This document shows, piece by piece, positions 16,449 through 26,437 of a DNA stretch of 64,000 nucleotides; position 1 is the first letter of the stretch; every line of letters starts with the position of its first letter. The notes below the pieces were generated by a model. The model searched no databases, was not told the origin of the DNA, and worked only from the letters and a program-made list of their open reading frames with translations. Origin of the DNA: Candidatus Micrarchaeota archaeon (lineage in GTDB: Archaea > Micrarchaeota > Micrarchaeia > Anstonellales > Bilamarchaeaceae); the NCBI GenBank assembly GCA_022627495.1, contig JAKEGJ010000021.1:14612-78611 (forward strand), in the 5' to 3' direction. A program made the position numbers and the translations under genes.

Positions 16449-17726
16449 ATGAACCTCCGCCACGCCGCCCTATTCATCCTGCTCCTCCAGCTCGCACCGC
16501 TCGCATATGCGGCTATTGACTGCTCCGGATACCATGACATGTTCACGGTGCGCGTCCTTGACGGCAACCGCAGGCCGGTTGAGAATGCCAGCGTGACAGT
16601 GAAATACGACAGGGGGCAGAGCTTCGGCGACAAGTATTTCACAACCCCGCCCAAGCTGACCGACGCTTCCGGGCAGATACTTTATGACATCTACAACGGG
16701 GGCACGAACACCAGGCCGATTGACTGCAACATAGAAATCAACGCCACCGCCGGCGGCACAAAAAAGAGCATCACGATAGTTGCGGGCCAGCACGGCCCGA
16801 CTGTGGACGTCATCCTGGGCGACGTCTTCGGGCTCAAGTTCTTCGTGAGGGACCAGTTCCGGGCCGCGCTCCCGAACGCGACTGTGAATGTGGGCAATTA
16901 CAGCGGAACGACGGACCGGTACGGGATGTTCTACAAGCAGCTGAAGAAAGGGGTTTACCCGTATTTCGCAAGCTACGTAGACGCCAGCCAGGCGGGCAGC
17001 CTCAACATCACAAACGACACCGAATTCGAGGTGCTCTTCCCCCACTACCGCATCACGCTGGACATAAGCGACGACACCGGGAAGCCCCTGCCGGCCACGC
17101 TCACTATTTTCAACAAGACCTTCGAGATGCAGGATGGCCACTTCGAGAACGAAAAGACCTTCGGCGACGCGGTGCCGTATAACGTGAACTACCGCGGGAT
17201 AATCACCGAAGGCACGATATACCCGGCGACCGAGCCCATCGTGAACATCCGCTACGACATCAACGCGCCCCAATTCGGCAACATCACTCCCCAGGAGATG
17301 AACGGCAAGATACAGCTGAACATAGAGGTTTGGGACCCCAACCAGTACCCGTCCGGGCTCGACATGACCAGCATCAAGATGTTCTACAAGGTAGAGCCCT
17401 CGGACGCCACGGCCCCGTGGAACAGCGCCATCGTTTACACCACCGGGCGGAACAAGTTCACCGCAGATTTCCAGGACCTGCCGGCGGACAGCATAATAAA
17501 ATTCAGGGCTGAGGTCAAGGACAAGGCGGGGAACAGGGCGGAGAAGGAGGGGAAGTTTTCGACATTCGCCGTAACGCCCCCGGAAAACAACACCGGGAAT
17601 CAGACGAATCCACCGCCATCCGGGGGTCAGGAACAGGGAATACCACTTATTTACATACTGGGAGGGGCGATTTTATTGCTTTTGGCCCTTTATTTGGTGT
17701 TTCGTATGAAATCAAAACCTGCATGA
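16449..17726 (+). CDS. Secreted cell-surface protein with C-terminal TM anchor (Ig/CarboxypepD_reg-like repeats)
   Basis: Signal peptide MNLRHAALFILLLQLAPLAYA. VRVLDGNRRPVENASVTV-type beta-sandwich repeats. Many N-X-S/T sequons. P/Q/T-rich stalk followed by IPLIYILGGAILLLLALYLVF-RMKSK. Confidence 0.7.
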   Translation: MNLRHAALFILLLQLAPLAYAAIDCSGYHDMFTVRVLDGNRRPVENASVTVKYDRGQSFGDKYFTTPPKLTDASGQILYDIYNGGTNTRPIDCNIEINATAGGTKKSITIVAGQHGPTVDVILGDVFGLKFFVRDQFRAALPNATVNVGNYSGTTDRYGMFYKQLKKGVYPYFASYVDASQAGSLNITNDTEFEVLFPHYRITLDISDDTGKPLPATLTIFNKTFEMQDGHFENEKTFGDAVPYNVNYRGIITEGTIYPATEPIVNIRYDINAPQFGNITPQEMNGKIQLNIEVWDPNQYPSGLDMTSIKMFYKVEPSDATAPWNSAIVYTTGRNKFTADFQDLPADSIIKFRAEVKDKAGNRAEKEGKFSTFAVTPPENNTGNQTNPPPSGGQEQGIPLIYILGGAILLLLALYLVFRMKSKPA

Positions 17727-17838
17727 GGGTCCTAGCAAACAGTATCTTTAAAAATTGTGTGTTTTATAAGTATAAACATTGATAGTCATAAACTAACATA
17801 ATAACGAAGAAGGACATGATAAGCGAAGGTGGTTAACC

Positions 17839-18570
17839 ATGCCTCGTGGGAAGAAAATAATTATCGAGACCGAAATCAGCGATGACTTTGTGGACAAGTT
17901 CCGCTCCATAGATTTGGAAGAGATAAAGCGCGACCGCGAACGGACCGAGCGGGGGCTCTCATCCTCGGTGGCGAGCGTGTTCAAGGTCGCACAGAACCTG
18001 TACCGCCAGAAGGCGAGCGAGGACGAATTGGAAGGCAAGCATGAGCTGTTCTCGGTCCGCTCGGCGTACGATTACCTAAAGAACAACAACGTTTTCATAT
18101 CCTTCAGGGCCTTCGGCGGCAGGATAGAGAGAGGCACTATCCCGTTCGTCAAAGTCGGCCGGAAGAGGTACATACCGAAGTCCGTCCTCGACGACATCAC
18201 GAGCACGAAGAGCGAGTTCTACACCGTGAAGGAGGCCTTCGAGGAATACCGGAAATCCAACCAGAGGATTAACTTCCGCGCATTCATAGGCAGGATTGAG
18301 AAGGGCTCGATTCCGAGCGTGAAATTCGGGACGAGGAGGCTGGTGCCCAGAGACGCGATAGAGTCGCTCACGCACATCAGCACGAACTACTTCTCGGTAA
18401 GCCAGGCGATAAAGGAGCTCCACAAGACCGGCATCCGCATCAAGAGGAACGCCTTCGAAAGGAGGCTGGACCGCGGAAGGGTCCCGCATGTCAAAATCGG
18501 CGGCAGGCGCTTCATCCACGAGGATGTCATGCGCGAATTGACCGAGAAGGAGTCCGCCCTGCGCAGGTAA
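17839..18570 (+). CDS. DNA-binding protein with three tandem excisionase/MerR-type HTH (HTH_17-like) repeats
   Basis: Three ~55-aa repeats: FRAFGGRIERGTIPFVKVGRKRYIPKSVLDDI / FRAFIGRIEKGSIPSVKFGTRRLVPRDAIESL / NAFERRLDRGRVPHVKIGGRRFIHEDVMREL. The upstream region is AT-rich with TATA-like boxes and an AAGGTGG SD. Confidence 0.7.
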   Translation: MPRGKKIIIETEISDDFVDKFRSIDLEEIKRDRERTERGLSSSVASVFKVAQNLYRQKASEDELEGKHELFSVRSAYDYLKNNNVFISFRAFGGRIERGTIPFVKVGRKRYIPKSVLDDITSTKSEFYTVKEAFEEYRKSNQRINFRAFIGRIEKGSIPSVKFGTRRLVPRDAIESLTHISTNYFSVSQAIKELHKTGIRIKRNAFERRLDRGRVPHVKIGGRRFIHEDVMRELTEKESALRR

Positions 18571-18695
18571 CCGGCCATTTCCGTCATTTCTTGCTTCATT
18601 TTATTTTCCCGCTTTTTCCATTTTTTCTCCGGTTTTTTGGTTAATTTTCACCAGCGGTAGCTGCATTTTTATTTGCGTTCATATGGAATATCCCC

Positions 18696-21140
18696 ATGGC
18701 TATTTCTAGGAAGCGGGCCTTCTTCATAGACGCAGGCTACACCGTCAGGAACGGCAAGACGTACGTGACGCTGGTCCTGAAAGGGAAGAAGACCGTGAAG
18801 CGCTACTACCAGTATGACCCGTATTTCTACGTAGAGGCGCCCGTTTCGCGCAAGGACGATTTGCTGCAGGCGCGCGGCGTCAAGAAGAGCGGCGAGATTG
18901 TGATGCCCGTCCGCGTGGAAGTCGCGGAGCGTAAAATAGGGCTGGAAACGAAGAAGATGCTGAAGCTTTTCTGCCGGGAGCCTTCGCACGTGCCGGCCAT
19001 CAAGGCGGCGATACCTTTCCCCTGCTACGAGTACAACATCCCCTTTTCCCGCAGGTTCATCTTCGACATGGGGCTGACGCCGCTTTCGGTCGTCCATTAC
19101 GAGCGCGAAAAAAGGCAGATAAAGCGCATATCGGGCGTAACGCAGGAAGACCCCCGGCTTTCGGTCATGAGCTTTGATATCGAGACGTACAACCCGCAGG
19201 GCGCTCCCAGGGAGGAGAAGGACCCCGTGATAATGATAAGCTACTGCGGGAAGAAGAAGGGGGTCATAACGTATAAGAAAGGCGCGCAGGGCCAGGATTT
19301 TGTGGAAACGTTGAAGGGCGAGGAGCGGATGCTCGAGCGGTTCTGCGAGATTGTGTCCGAAGAGGACCCGGACGTCCTAGTCGGCTACAACTCCGCCAAT
19401 TTCGACCTCCCGTACCTGAACACGCGGGCTAACGCCCTGGGGATGAGGCTCTATCTCGGCCGCTTCGGGGGCCAGATGAAGGAGGTCAAGAAAGGCCTGA
19501 TAAACGGGGTGCAGATAGGCGGGCGCGTGCATTTCGACTTGTACCCCGCGGTCAAGTTCTTCGGATTCATCGGGATAATAAAGACGCAGAAATTCACGCT
19601 GGATGCTGTGGCCGAAGACGTCCTCAAGCAGAAGAAAGTGAAGATAAAGAAGGAGGAGATATGGCAGACGTGGGACAGCGGGGATATCGGGAAGCTCTGC
19701 GAATATTCTCTCGTGGACGCCGAACTGACGTCGGCGCTGGCGTCGCGGTTCCTGCCGCTGGAAGCCGAGCTTTCAGGCGTGGCTAAGATGCCCCTGTTCG
19801 ACACCACGCTTTCCACGAGCGGCCAGCTGGTCGAGAACCTGCTGATGTTCCACGCGACAGAGCGCGGGGAGATAATTCCCTCAAGGCCGGGCGGCGACGC
19901 CATTATGGAGCGCGTGAATGCGCCGATACAGGGCGCTTTCGTGAAGCTCCCGGAGCCGGGCATATACGAAAACGTGGCGGTGCTTGACTTCCGCGGGCTG
20001 TACCCCTCGATTATCGTCTCTTACAATATCGACCCCGGCACTCTGATTGAAGACGAGATGCGCGGTGGGAGGGGGGACGGTGCCGGAGCTGCTCCAGGGG
20101 GGGCGCCCGGCAAGCCCGAATCCGAAGGCCGCTTCGTATCGCCTACGGGCGCGAGGTTCTCGAAAAGCGCCACCGGACTCATCCCATTCGTGCTCAACTA
20201 CCTTATAGACAAGAGAATGGAGCTGAAGAAGCGGCTTAAGACGCTTGAAAAGGCGGGCGACGAATACGTCCGCATCGAGGCCCGCTCTCACGCCCTGAAG
20301 ATTCTCGCAAACAGCTTCTACGGCTACATGGGCTATGCGCGCTCGCGCTGGTACTCGCGCCCGTGCGCGGAAAGCGTGACAGCCTGGGGGAGGAAGCACA
20401 TAATGGAGACGATAGCTAGCGCCGAGGGAAAGGGATTCTCGGTCCTCTACAGCGACACGGACAGCGTCTTTCTGCTCTATAAGAGCAAGCAGGACGTGCT
20501 GGATTTCATGAATGAAATCAACAAGTCCCTGCCCGAGAAGATGGAGCTGGAACTGGAGGGATTCTATCCCCGCGGCGTTTTCGTAAGCAAGAAGGGCGGC
20601 GGCGAGAGGGGGGCGAAGAAGAAATACGCCCTTCTTGGCGAGGACGGCAGGATAAAGATACGCGGGTTCGAGCTCGTGCGCCGGGACTGGTCCTCCGTGG
20701 CTAAGGACACCCAGCGCAAGGTGCTCGAGGCGATTCTCAAGGAGGGCAGCAAGGAGAAGGCGGTCAAAATCATCCGCGAAATCGTCGCAGACCTGCAGGA
20801 TGGGAAGGTCCCGCTAGAGAGGCTCGCAATCAGCACGCAGCTCAACAAGGACCCGACAAGATACGAAATCGTCAGCCCGGAGCTGTACGCCGCGAAGAAG
20901 ATGATTGCCGCCGGCCTGGTTGCTGAGAAGGGCACGGTCATATCATACGTCGTGGGCAAGGCGGGAAAGAGCATCTCGGAAAAAGCGATGCCCCTTGAGC
21001 TCGCGAAAGACTACGACGCGGACTATTACATCAACAACCAGGTGCTCCCGGCCGTCATGAAAATCATGAAGGAGCTGGGCTACGACGAATACAGCATGAA
21101 GTTCGGCGGGAAGCAGAAGAGCCTGGACAATTTCTTCTGA
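18696..21140 (+). CDS. polB: Family B DNA polymerase
   Basis: Exo I FDIETY, motif A DFRGLYPSII, KILANSFYGY and motif C YSDTDSVF. 814 aa, with no intein-sized insertion. Confidence 0.95.
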   Translation: MAISRKRAFFIDAGYTVRNGKTYVTLVLKGKKTVKRYYQYDPYFYVEAPVSRKDDLLQARGVKKSGEIVMPVRVEVAERKIGLETKKMLKLFCREPSHVPAIKAAIPFPCYEYNIPFSRRFIFDMGLTPLSVVHYEREKRQIKRISGVTQEDPRLSVMSFDIETYNPQGAPREEKDPVIMISYCGKKKGVITYKKGAQGQDFVETLKGEERMLERFCEIVSEEDPDVLVGYNSANFDLPYLNTRANALGMRLYLGRFGGQMKEVKKGLINGVQIGGRVHFDLYPAVKFFGFIGIIKTQKFTLDAVAEDVLKQKKVKIKKEEIWQTWDSGDIGKLCEYSLVDAELTSALASRFLPLEAELSGVAKMPLFDTTLSTSGQLVENLLMFHATERGEIIPSRPGGDAIMERVNAPIQGAFVKLPEPGIYENVAVLDFRGLYPSIIVSYNIDPGTLIEDEMRGGRGDGAGAAPGGAPGKPESEGRFVSPTGARFSKSATGLIPFVLNYLIDKRMELKKRLKTLEKAGDEYVRIEARSHALKILANSFYGYMGYARSRWYSRPCAESVTAWGRKHIMETIASAEGKGFSVLYSDTDSVFLLYKSKQDVLDFMNEINKSLPEKMELELEGFYPRGVFVSKKGGGERGAKKKYALLGEDGRIKIRGFELVRRDWSSVAKDTQRKVLEAILKEGSKEKAVKIIREIVADLQDGKVPLERLAISTQLNKDPTRYEIVSPELYAAKKMIAAGLVAEKGTVISYVVGKAGKSISEKAMPLELAKDYDADYYINNQVLPAVMKIMKELGYDEYSMKFGGKQKSLDNFF

Positions 21141-21175
21141 ATTACCATTAAAAAATCTCGTGCGGATAGATTGGC

Positions 21176-21595
21176 ATGGCCGGTTCACAGGGGATGAGGA
21201 AGAAGGAGGACATCACAACAATCATCAACAGCATCCTCGAGGAGGCATCGAGGTCGAGGAAGGGCTTCACGCCGGAAGTCGTTCGCGAATTCGAAGCCGA
21301 AGGGAGAAAGGCCGCGGAAGCGCGGGCCGGTGGAGGGCGGCAGGCCGCGCCCCAGCGGCGGGACGTGCAGCAGCAGGCCGCCCCAAGGCAGCGCGAGGAA
21401 AGCATGCACGAAGTGACGCCGAGCAGGCAGCTGAACATAGTCGTTCGCAGGGCCGAGGAGACAGAACAGCAGAGGGCGTCCCTAAGCCCGGTCATGACGC
21501 AGCGCGCCATAGAATCAGCTGTCGGTTTGGGGGAGAGGCTGGAGCTGGCCGCCCAGGGAAGGGCGCTGAACTTAAGAAGCTGGGTTACGGGATGA
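21176..21595 (+). CDS. Hypothetical protein (basic/low-complexity centre)
   Basis: The most protein-like of three overlapping frames in 21148-21645. No recognisable motif. Confidence 0.4.
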   Translation: MAGSQGMRKKEDITTIINSILEEASRSRKGFTPEVVREFEAEGRKAAEARAGGGRQAAPQRRDVQQQAAPRQREESMHEVTPSRQLNIVVRRAEETEQQRASLSPVMTQRAIESAVGLGERLELAAQGRALNLRSWVTG

Positions 21596-21599
21596 GCGC

Positions 21600-21944
21600 A
21601 TGGTTTCACTGGATTTTCTGGACGACGAGAGCAAGGGGAAGATAGTCACAATCTGGAGGGGCATGTCGGAATCCGACAAGGCGCATTTCATAAACCAGGT
21701 GGCCCTTGCACTCAGCATTTGGGGCAGCGACGAGAAGGGCAAGCGGACGGTCGTCGAGGTGCTGAAAGCGATGTCCCAGAACGGCACCAACACCCTTGCG
21801 GACTTCGGCCTCTACGTGGAGAAGGTCCTCGGGGAAAAGGAGACGAGCGGCCTGGATTCCAAGATAAAGCGGGCCGCGCTGATTATCGAGGGATACCGCA
21901 TCAAGAATTCCCTTCCCTCCGAGCCGCACAGGGAGCTGTTTTAG
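21600..21944 (+). CDS. Hypothetical protein
   Basis: 114 aa with balanced composition, starting 5 nt after the preceding stop. No recognisable motif. Confidence 0.5.
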   Translation: MVSLDFLDDESKGKIVTIWRGMSESDKAHFINQVALALSIWGSDEKGKRTVVEVLKAMSQNGTNTLADFGLYVEKVLGEKETSGLDSKIKRAALIIEGYRIKNSLPSEPHRELF

Positions 21945-21959
21945 AGCGCATTCAGCATT

Positions 21960-23186
21960 ATGGTTTCGTACGATGCAGCCGATAGCCCCGGCAATGGGCG
22001 TATGGTGGACCCGACTATGTATCTCTGCAAAATCTGCAACCTGGCCAACGGCTCCCGCTTCGGGGAGGGCGAGTGCGGGATATGCGGCGGCAGCGCGCTG
22101 AAGGCTGACGCGATGGCGGAAACGGGTGCGCAGATGCTGAAGGCCGATGGAGCAAAAAGCTTCTCGATTTCCACGGTCATAGACAAGGAATGGCTTGCGC
22201 GCGAGGAGAAGGCCTGGGATAATGGCCTTGGGCAGGCCGAGAGCATAAAGAACCTCCTGAACCGGAGGATTTCCTCCGCCCTCCGCAAGGCGACCGGCGC
22301 GGAGTATTGCGCCGAGGGGGAATGCAAGGTCGTATTCGACTTCACGAAGGGCACGGTGGACCTGCAGAAAAGCGACATGTTCATTTTCGGCAGGTACAGG
22401 AAGCGCGCGGCAGGCCTTTCGCAGAGCAGGTGGAAATGCCCGAAATGCGACGGCAGGGGGTATATGCCCCCTGCGCACCATGACCGAATCGTCGGTCATG
22501 ATCGCGGGAAAGGCTGCCCCGGATGCGAAGGGAAGGGCAAATTCTACGAATCCGTCGAGGAGAGGATAGGCGAGCCGGTGAAGAAGGCGGCAGGCGCCCG
22601 AGATTACGTGATGCATGCTTCGGGCCGGGAGGACGTGGATGCCACAAACAGCGCCGGAAGGCCTTTCGTCCTTGAAGTCAGCGCCCCGGCAATCCGGACC
22701 CTGGACCTAGTCATGCTTGCTGGCGAAATCAAAAAAAGCGGCGAAGTCGAGGCCGTGGATTTGCGCTTCGTGCCGCGCTCTTTTGCCGAGGTCGTGACCG
22801 AGTCGCACTTCGACAAGACTTACGAGGCCGAAGTGGAATTCGAGCGCGATGCCGGCGAGGCGGATGCCGCGAAAATCCGTGCGCTTGAGGGCGCCATGCT
22901 CCTCCAGCAGACGCCAACGCGCGTAGCTCACCGGAGGGCGGATTTGGTCCGCCACAGGAAAATCAAGCACCTTGAATTCATCCGCAGGGAGGGGCAGGAT
23001 GCGAAGCACGCCACCCTCATCATCAAGGCCGAAGCCGGCACCTACATAAAAGAGCTGATTTCCGGCGACTCCGGAAGGACGTCCCCCAGCGTCGCGGGCA
23101 TTCTGGGCATGGGCGCGAAATGCACGAAGCTGGAAGTGACGATGATAGACGACGGATACCTGGATTTCTGCCTTGAGAGAATCTAG
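21960..23186 (+). CDS. pus10: tRNA pseudouridine(54/55) synthase Pus10
   Basis: N-terminal zinc ribbon CKICN...CGICGG and second pair CPKCDG...CPGCEG. Catalytic region GREDVDATNSAGRPFVLEV. GTYIKELISGDSGRTSPS. Confidence 0.85.
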   Translation: MVSYDAADSPGNGRMVDPTMYLCKICNLANGSRFGEGECGICGGSALKADAMAETGAQMLKADGAKSFSISTVIDKEWLAREEKAWDNGLGQAESIKNLLNRRISSALRKATGAEYCAEGECKVVFDFTKGTVDLQKSDMFIFGRYRKRAAGLSQSRWKCPKCDGRGYMPPAHHDRIVGHDRGKGCPGCEGKGKFYESVEERIGEPVKKAAGARDYVMHASGREDVDATNSAGRPFVLEVSAPAIRTLDLVMLAGEIKKSGEVEAVDLRFVPRSFAEVVTESHFDKTYEAEVEFERDAGEADAAKIRALEGAMLLQQTPTRVAHRRADLVRHRKIKHLEFIRREGQDAKHATLIIKAEAGTYIKELISGDSGRTSPSVAGILGMGAKCTKLEVTMIDDGYLDFCLERI

Positions 23187-23857
23187 AATTTCGCCCCGTA
23201 TTTGGCCATGTAGTCCTGGTATTTCTCGAATATCTTGTCGTTCACGTAGACCTTGCCGTCCACGGCCTTGTTCTTCAGGTGGTTGAACGACATGTGGATG
23301 TCGATGATGGGATGCACCGGCACTCCGGTCTGCTCGGTGAACTCCAGAATGGCGCTCCTGCGCTTGCCTATCTCCTGGCGGTCGACTGCAATCACAATGC
23401 CGACGACCTCCGCTTTCAGCGTCTTCTCCAGCTTTTCGATGGCCTCCACCTTGGTGCCGCCGGTCGTCAGGACGTCATCCACAATCACGACTCGCTCGCC
23501 GTGGTCGATGTTCTGGCTGCCGACGAACACGCTGTTGGCGTCCGCGCCGTGCAGCTTCATCTCCTTGCGGTCAAAAAGCCATTTCTTGTCCATATGGTGG
23601 AGGTATTTGAGCTCGATTGCCGCGCTGATTGCGATTGGGATGGCCTTGTATGCAGGGCCGAAAATCACGTCGAACTTGTCGCCGTACGCCTCGTGGATTC
23701 TGGAGGCATAGTACCGGCCCAGGTCGGATATCGTCTCGCCGCTTGTCAGGGCGCCCATGTCTATGAAATACGGGGAAATCCTCCCGCTTTTGAGGGTGAA
23801 CTCCCCGAATTTCATCGCCCCGTGCTTTGCCAGGAATTCTATGAATGAGATGTTCAT
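23183..23857 (-). CDS. pyrE: Orotate phosphoribosyltransferase
   Basis: FGEFTLKSGRISPYFID and PRPP motif VVIVDDVLTTGGTK. TATA-like catatatagc lies upstream. Confidence 0.8.
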   Translation of the reverse strand: MNISFIEFLAKHGAMKFGEFTLKSGRISPYFIDMGALTSGETISDLGRYYASRIHEAYGDKFDVIFGPAYKAIPIAISAAIELKYLHHMDKKWLFDRKEMKLHGADANSVFVGSQNIDHGERVVIVDDVLTTGGTKVEAIEKLEKTLKAEVVGIVIAVDRQEIGKRRSAILEFTEQTGVPVHPIIDIHMSFNHLKNKAVDGKVYVNDKIFEKYQDYMAKYGAKF

Positions 23858-23925
23858 GCCAGCACCTGATGCAATAAAGCAGAAAAGCTATATATGCTTG
23901 ATGCCGGGCGGTTGCTGCCGACTGC

Positions 23926-24516
23926 CTACATCCAGACCCATTCGTAGCGCATATAATCTTCCTGGCGGCCGCCATATGCCCACATGCCCAGAGACCACGC
24001 GAGCAACGCGGCGGCGGCAAGGTGCTCGGAAAGCGGGCTGAACGCCGAAAGGGGCAGCGGGAGGATTAGCGCGGCGATCAGGAGCGAGAATGCCGCCAGC
24101 CGGCCGTCCCATTGCCTCAGGCCGGCCCCCACTAGCATGAGCGATGCCAGGGCCAGTGAGAAGAACATGCCCGCGAAAAAGAGATGGACCGAAAGGTTCC
24201 ACTCGGTGAAAACGGACAGCAGGGCGAAGAACACCAGGGCGGCGGCCATCATGAACGCCCCGGATTTTGCCGGGCCGGGGGGGAAGCGTTTCCAGAGATA
24301 AATGGAGAATAGGATGCCCAGAATCGCCGAAAGCATTATTCCGCTGTTGAACAGCACTGCCGAGCGGGGGCCGACACCCAGGTCGCTTAGGTAATTGGCG
24401 GAAGGGCCGTAGCCGGGATAATTCGCTATCCCGGCGGCTGTCAGGATGATGAAGATTAGCGGCGAGAGGAGCCCGGCATGCCGGCCATACCTTTCAAAGA
24501 GGGAGTCCATATCCAT
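23926..24516 (-). CDS. Integral membrane protein (DUF998-like)
   Basis: 196 aa, ~6 TM helices. YPGYGPSANYLSDLGVGP resembles the DUF998 signature. The assignment is tentative. Confidence 0.55.
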   Translation of the reverse strand: MDMDSLFERYGRHAGLLSPLIFIILTAAGIANYPGYGPSANYLSDLGVGPRSAVLFNSGIMLSAILGILFSIYLWKRFPPGPAKSGAFMMAAALVFFALLSVFTEWNLSVHLFFAGMFFSLALASLMLVGAGLRQWDGRLAAFSLLIAALILPLPLSAFSPLSEHLAAAALLAWSLGMWAYGGRQEDYMRYEWVWM

Positions 24517-24544
24517 GCCCCGGGCCGTACGCGGCCCGGCAATC

Positions 24545-25318
24545 CTACGGTTTCGGCCTCAGCTTCGCACCTTCACGCACTGCCTTGACCATGTCCCTGA
24601 TTTTCTGGACCGAATTCTCCTTTTCGAACGCAGTGCCGACCTGGATGATGTCCGCGCCGGCCTTGATGACATTCCTCGCCTGCTCCGGAGTGCGAATCCC
24701 GCCGGCGGCGATATACGGGATTGATATCGAGGAGTGCACCGCGCTCACCATCTCGAGGGGGATGTGGCCGGACTCGGGGTTGCTTCCGGCATCGGTGATG
24801 AAGAAGCGGAAGCCCATGTACTCGGCCGCCATCGCGAACGCAGCGGCGATTTTCGGCTTCTCGCGTGGGATGCGCTTTGCATCGCCGACCCAGCCGACGG
24901 TCCCGCCCGGCTCCACGACGACGTAAGCGACGGGAAGCGGCTCGATGCCGTAGTGCCGGATTGTCGGTGCGGCCAGCACCTGCGCTTCGCTTATCCAGTA
25001 GGTGTTCCGCGAATTGAGCATGGACATGAAATAGACCGCATCCGCGTATTTCGTGAGCGTGCCGATGTTGCCGGGGAACAGGACCACGGGCTTGGATACG
25101 GCCTGCTTGATGGCCTTGGCCACCGAATCGAGCACCTCGCCCTGCACCCCGGTGCTGCCCCCGATAAGTATGAGGTCGGCGCCGCCCTCGTCCGCGTTGC
25201 GCGCGGTCTTTATCGCATCCTCGGGCGACTTGTAGTCGAGCGGGTCTATCAAGGCGAAGAGAAGGCCCTTCCGGGCGCAGAGTTCCTCATGAATATAGCG
25301 TTCAACCTTGCCTTCCAT
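24545..25318 (-). CDS. Geranylgeranylglyceryl phosphate synthase (PcrB/GGGPS family)
   Basis: LIDPLDYKSPEDA...GGADLILIGGSTGV...IAAGGIR. ATG at 25318 has GGAGG 7 nt upstream. The track's TTG at 25345 is less likely. Confidence 0.85.
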   Translation of the reverse strand: MEGKVERYIHEELCARKGLLFALIDPLDYKSPEDAIKTARNADEGGADLILIGGSTGVQGEVLDSVAKAIKQAVSKPVVLFPGNIGTLTKYADAVYFMSMLNSRNTYWISEAQVLAAPTIRHYGIEPLPVAYVVVEPGGTVGWVGDAKRIPREKPKIAAAFAMAAEYMGFRFFITDAGSNPESGHIPLEMVSAVHSSISIPYIAAGGIRTPEQARNVIKAGADIIQVGTAFEKENSVQKIRDMVKAVREGAKLRPKP

Positions 25319-25337
25319 GTAATCCCTCCAATGAAAG

Positions 25338-26411
25338 TCACGCAATGCCAGCGATGTTTTTCAGCATGTGCGCCAGAAGCTGCGGGCGCAGCATCTTCGT
25401 AGGCCTGTCCATGTGGCCATGATGAGACAGATATGAATCGATATTCAGTTTCTTAATCCTTCTCCCGATGGATGATAGCTCGGGGTCGGAGCGGGAGGAT
25501 ATGAAGCGGTGGATGGCCCGGTGCATCGCAAGGTCGGGCCCGAACTTCGCGCGCCATTCGAATTCGTAGCGGGCCGGCGAGAGGGCGTATTTCCCGGCAA
25601 GGGCGGCGCAGTTGCCGCCGAATATGACCCCGCCCCCGGTCGTGGATTTCACCTGCCCTGCGGCATCGCCGGCGAGGACGACGTTGAAGCCGTTTTTGCG
25701 AACCGCCGTCTTGGAGCGCGGCAGGATGGGTATGACGAATCCGCAGGGCTTGGGAGGGGCCGCAATCCCCTTCATCCGCATAAGGCGGTTCCATGCCGCG
25801 GCAGGCCGATTGGGCAGCTCGACGCCCACGCCGAACTCCGCCGTGTGCGCGTTTTGGGGAATCACCCACGCGAAGAAGCCCGGAAACCGCTCGCCTGATA
25901 GGTGCATCTCTATCATGTCCGGCTCCTCGGATTCATAAGGCACCCGCGCCTGCAGCGTCGCAACGTGCTGCCTGATGGCCGGGAATCCGAAATGCCGGGC
26001 CACTGCCGAAAGAGGGCCGTCGGCGCCGATGATGTTTCTGCTGTGGAATGACGAGCGGATGCGCTCCCCATAACGGATTTGCGCGCCTTCCGCTTCTGCT
26101 CTGGATGCCAGTTCGCGGTCCATGCCGGCCCGGTCGCAGACGAACGCCACCGCATCCTTGCGCCGGACGGTTATCCCGGTCCCTGCGAAACTGATGCGCG
26201 CCCCGCGGATGGGATTGACCACGTGCCTTCGGTAATCTATAAACGGCGAGAGCGTGCCGAGGCCGTCACGGGAGAAAAGGCCCGAGCAGTTGCGCGGCAG
26301 GCCGGCCACATTGTGCTCTTCGGAAAGCACCACGCCGTGCCCGCTGCGGAGGGCGCTGATTGCGGCAATCGAGCCCGCCGGCCCGCCGCCCACCACATGA
26401 ATCAGCGCCAT
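25338..26411 (-). CDS. Digeranylgeranylglycerophospholipid (geranylgeranyl) reductase, FAD-dependent
   Basis: MALIHVVGGGPAGSIAA dinucleotide-binding motif. Adjacent to GGGPS. ATG at 26411 avoids overlap with the upstream gene. Confidence 0.85.
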   Translation of the reverse strand: MALIHVVGGGPAGSIAAISALRSGHGVVLSEEHNVAGLPRNCSGLFSRDGLGTLSPFIDYRRHVVNPIRGARISFAGTGITVRRKDAVAFVCDRAGMDRELASRAEAEGAQIRYGERIRSSFHSRNIIGADGPLSAVARHFGFPAIRQHVATLQARVPYESEEPDMIEMHLSGERFPGFFAWVIPQNAHTAEFGVGVELPNRPAAAWNRLMRMKGIAAPPKPCGFVIPILPRSKTAVRKNGFNVVLAGDAAGQVKSTTGGGVIFGGNCAALAGKYALSPARYEFEWRAKFGPDLAMHRAIHRFISSRSDPELSSIGRRIKKLNIDSYLSHHGHMDRPTKMLRPQLLAHMLKNIAGIA

Positions 26412-26437
26412 GAAACCTTGAATGCGGGGAAGTGTTT

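Noticed and set aside
18696-21140. Possible intein or large insertion in PolB (G/A/P-rich segment RGGRGDGAGAAPGGAPGKPESEG after motif A)
   Set aside because: The segment is only ~20 aa of low-complexity linker. No intein blocks (C/S...HN) are present and the protein length is normal.
21606-22616. 336-aa minus-strand ORF opposite the 114-aa ORF and pus10
   Set aside because: It is A/R/P/L-rich without motifs. Pus10 on the + strand has unambiguous zinc-ribbon and catalytic motifs.
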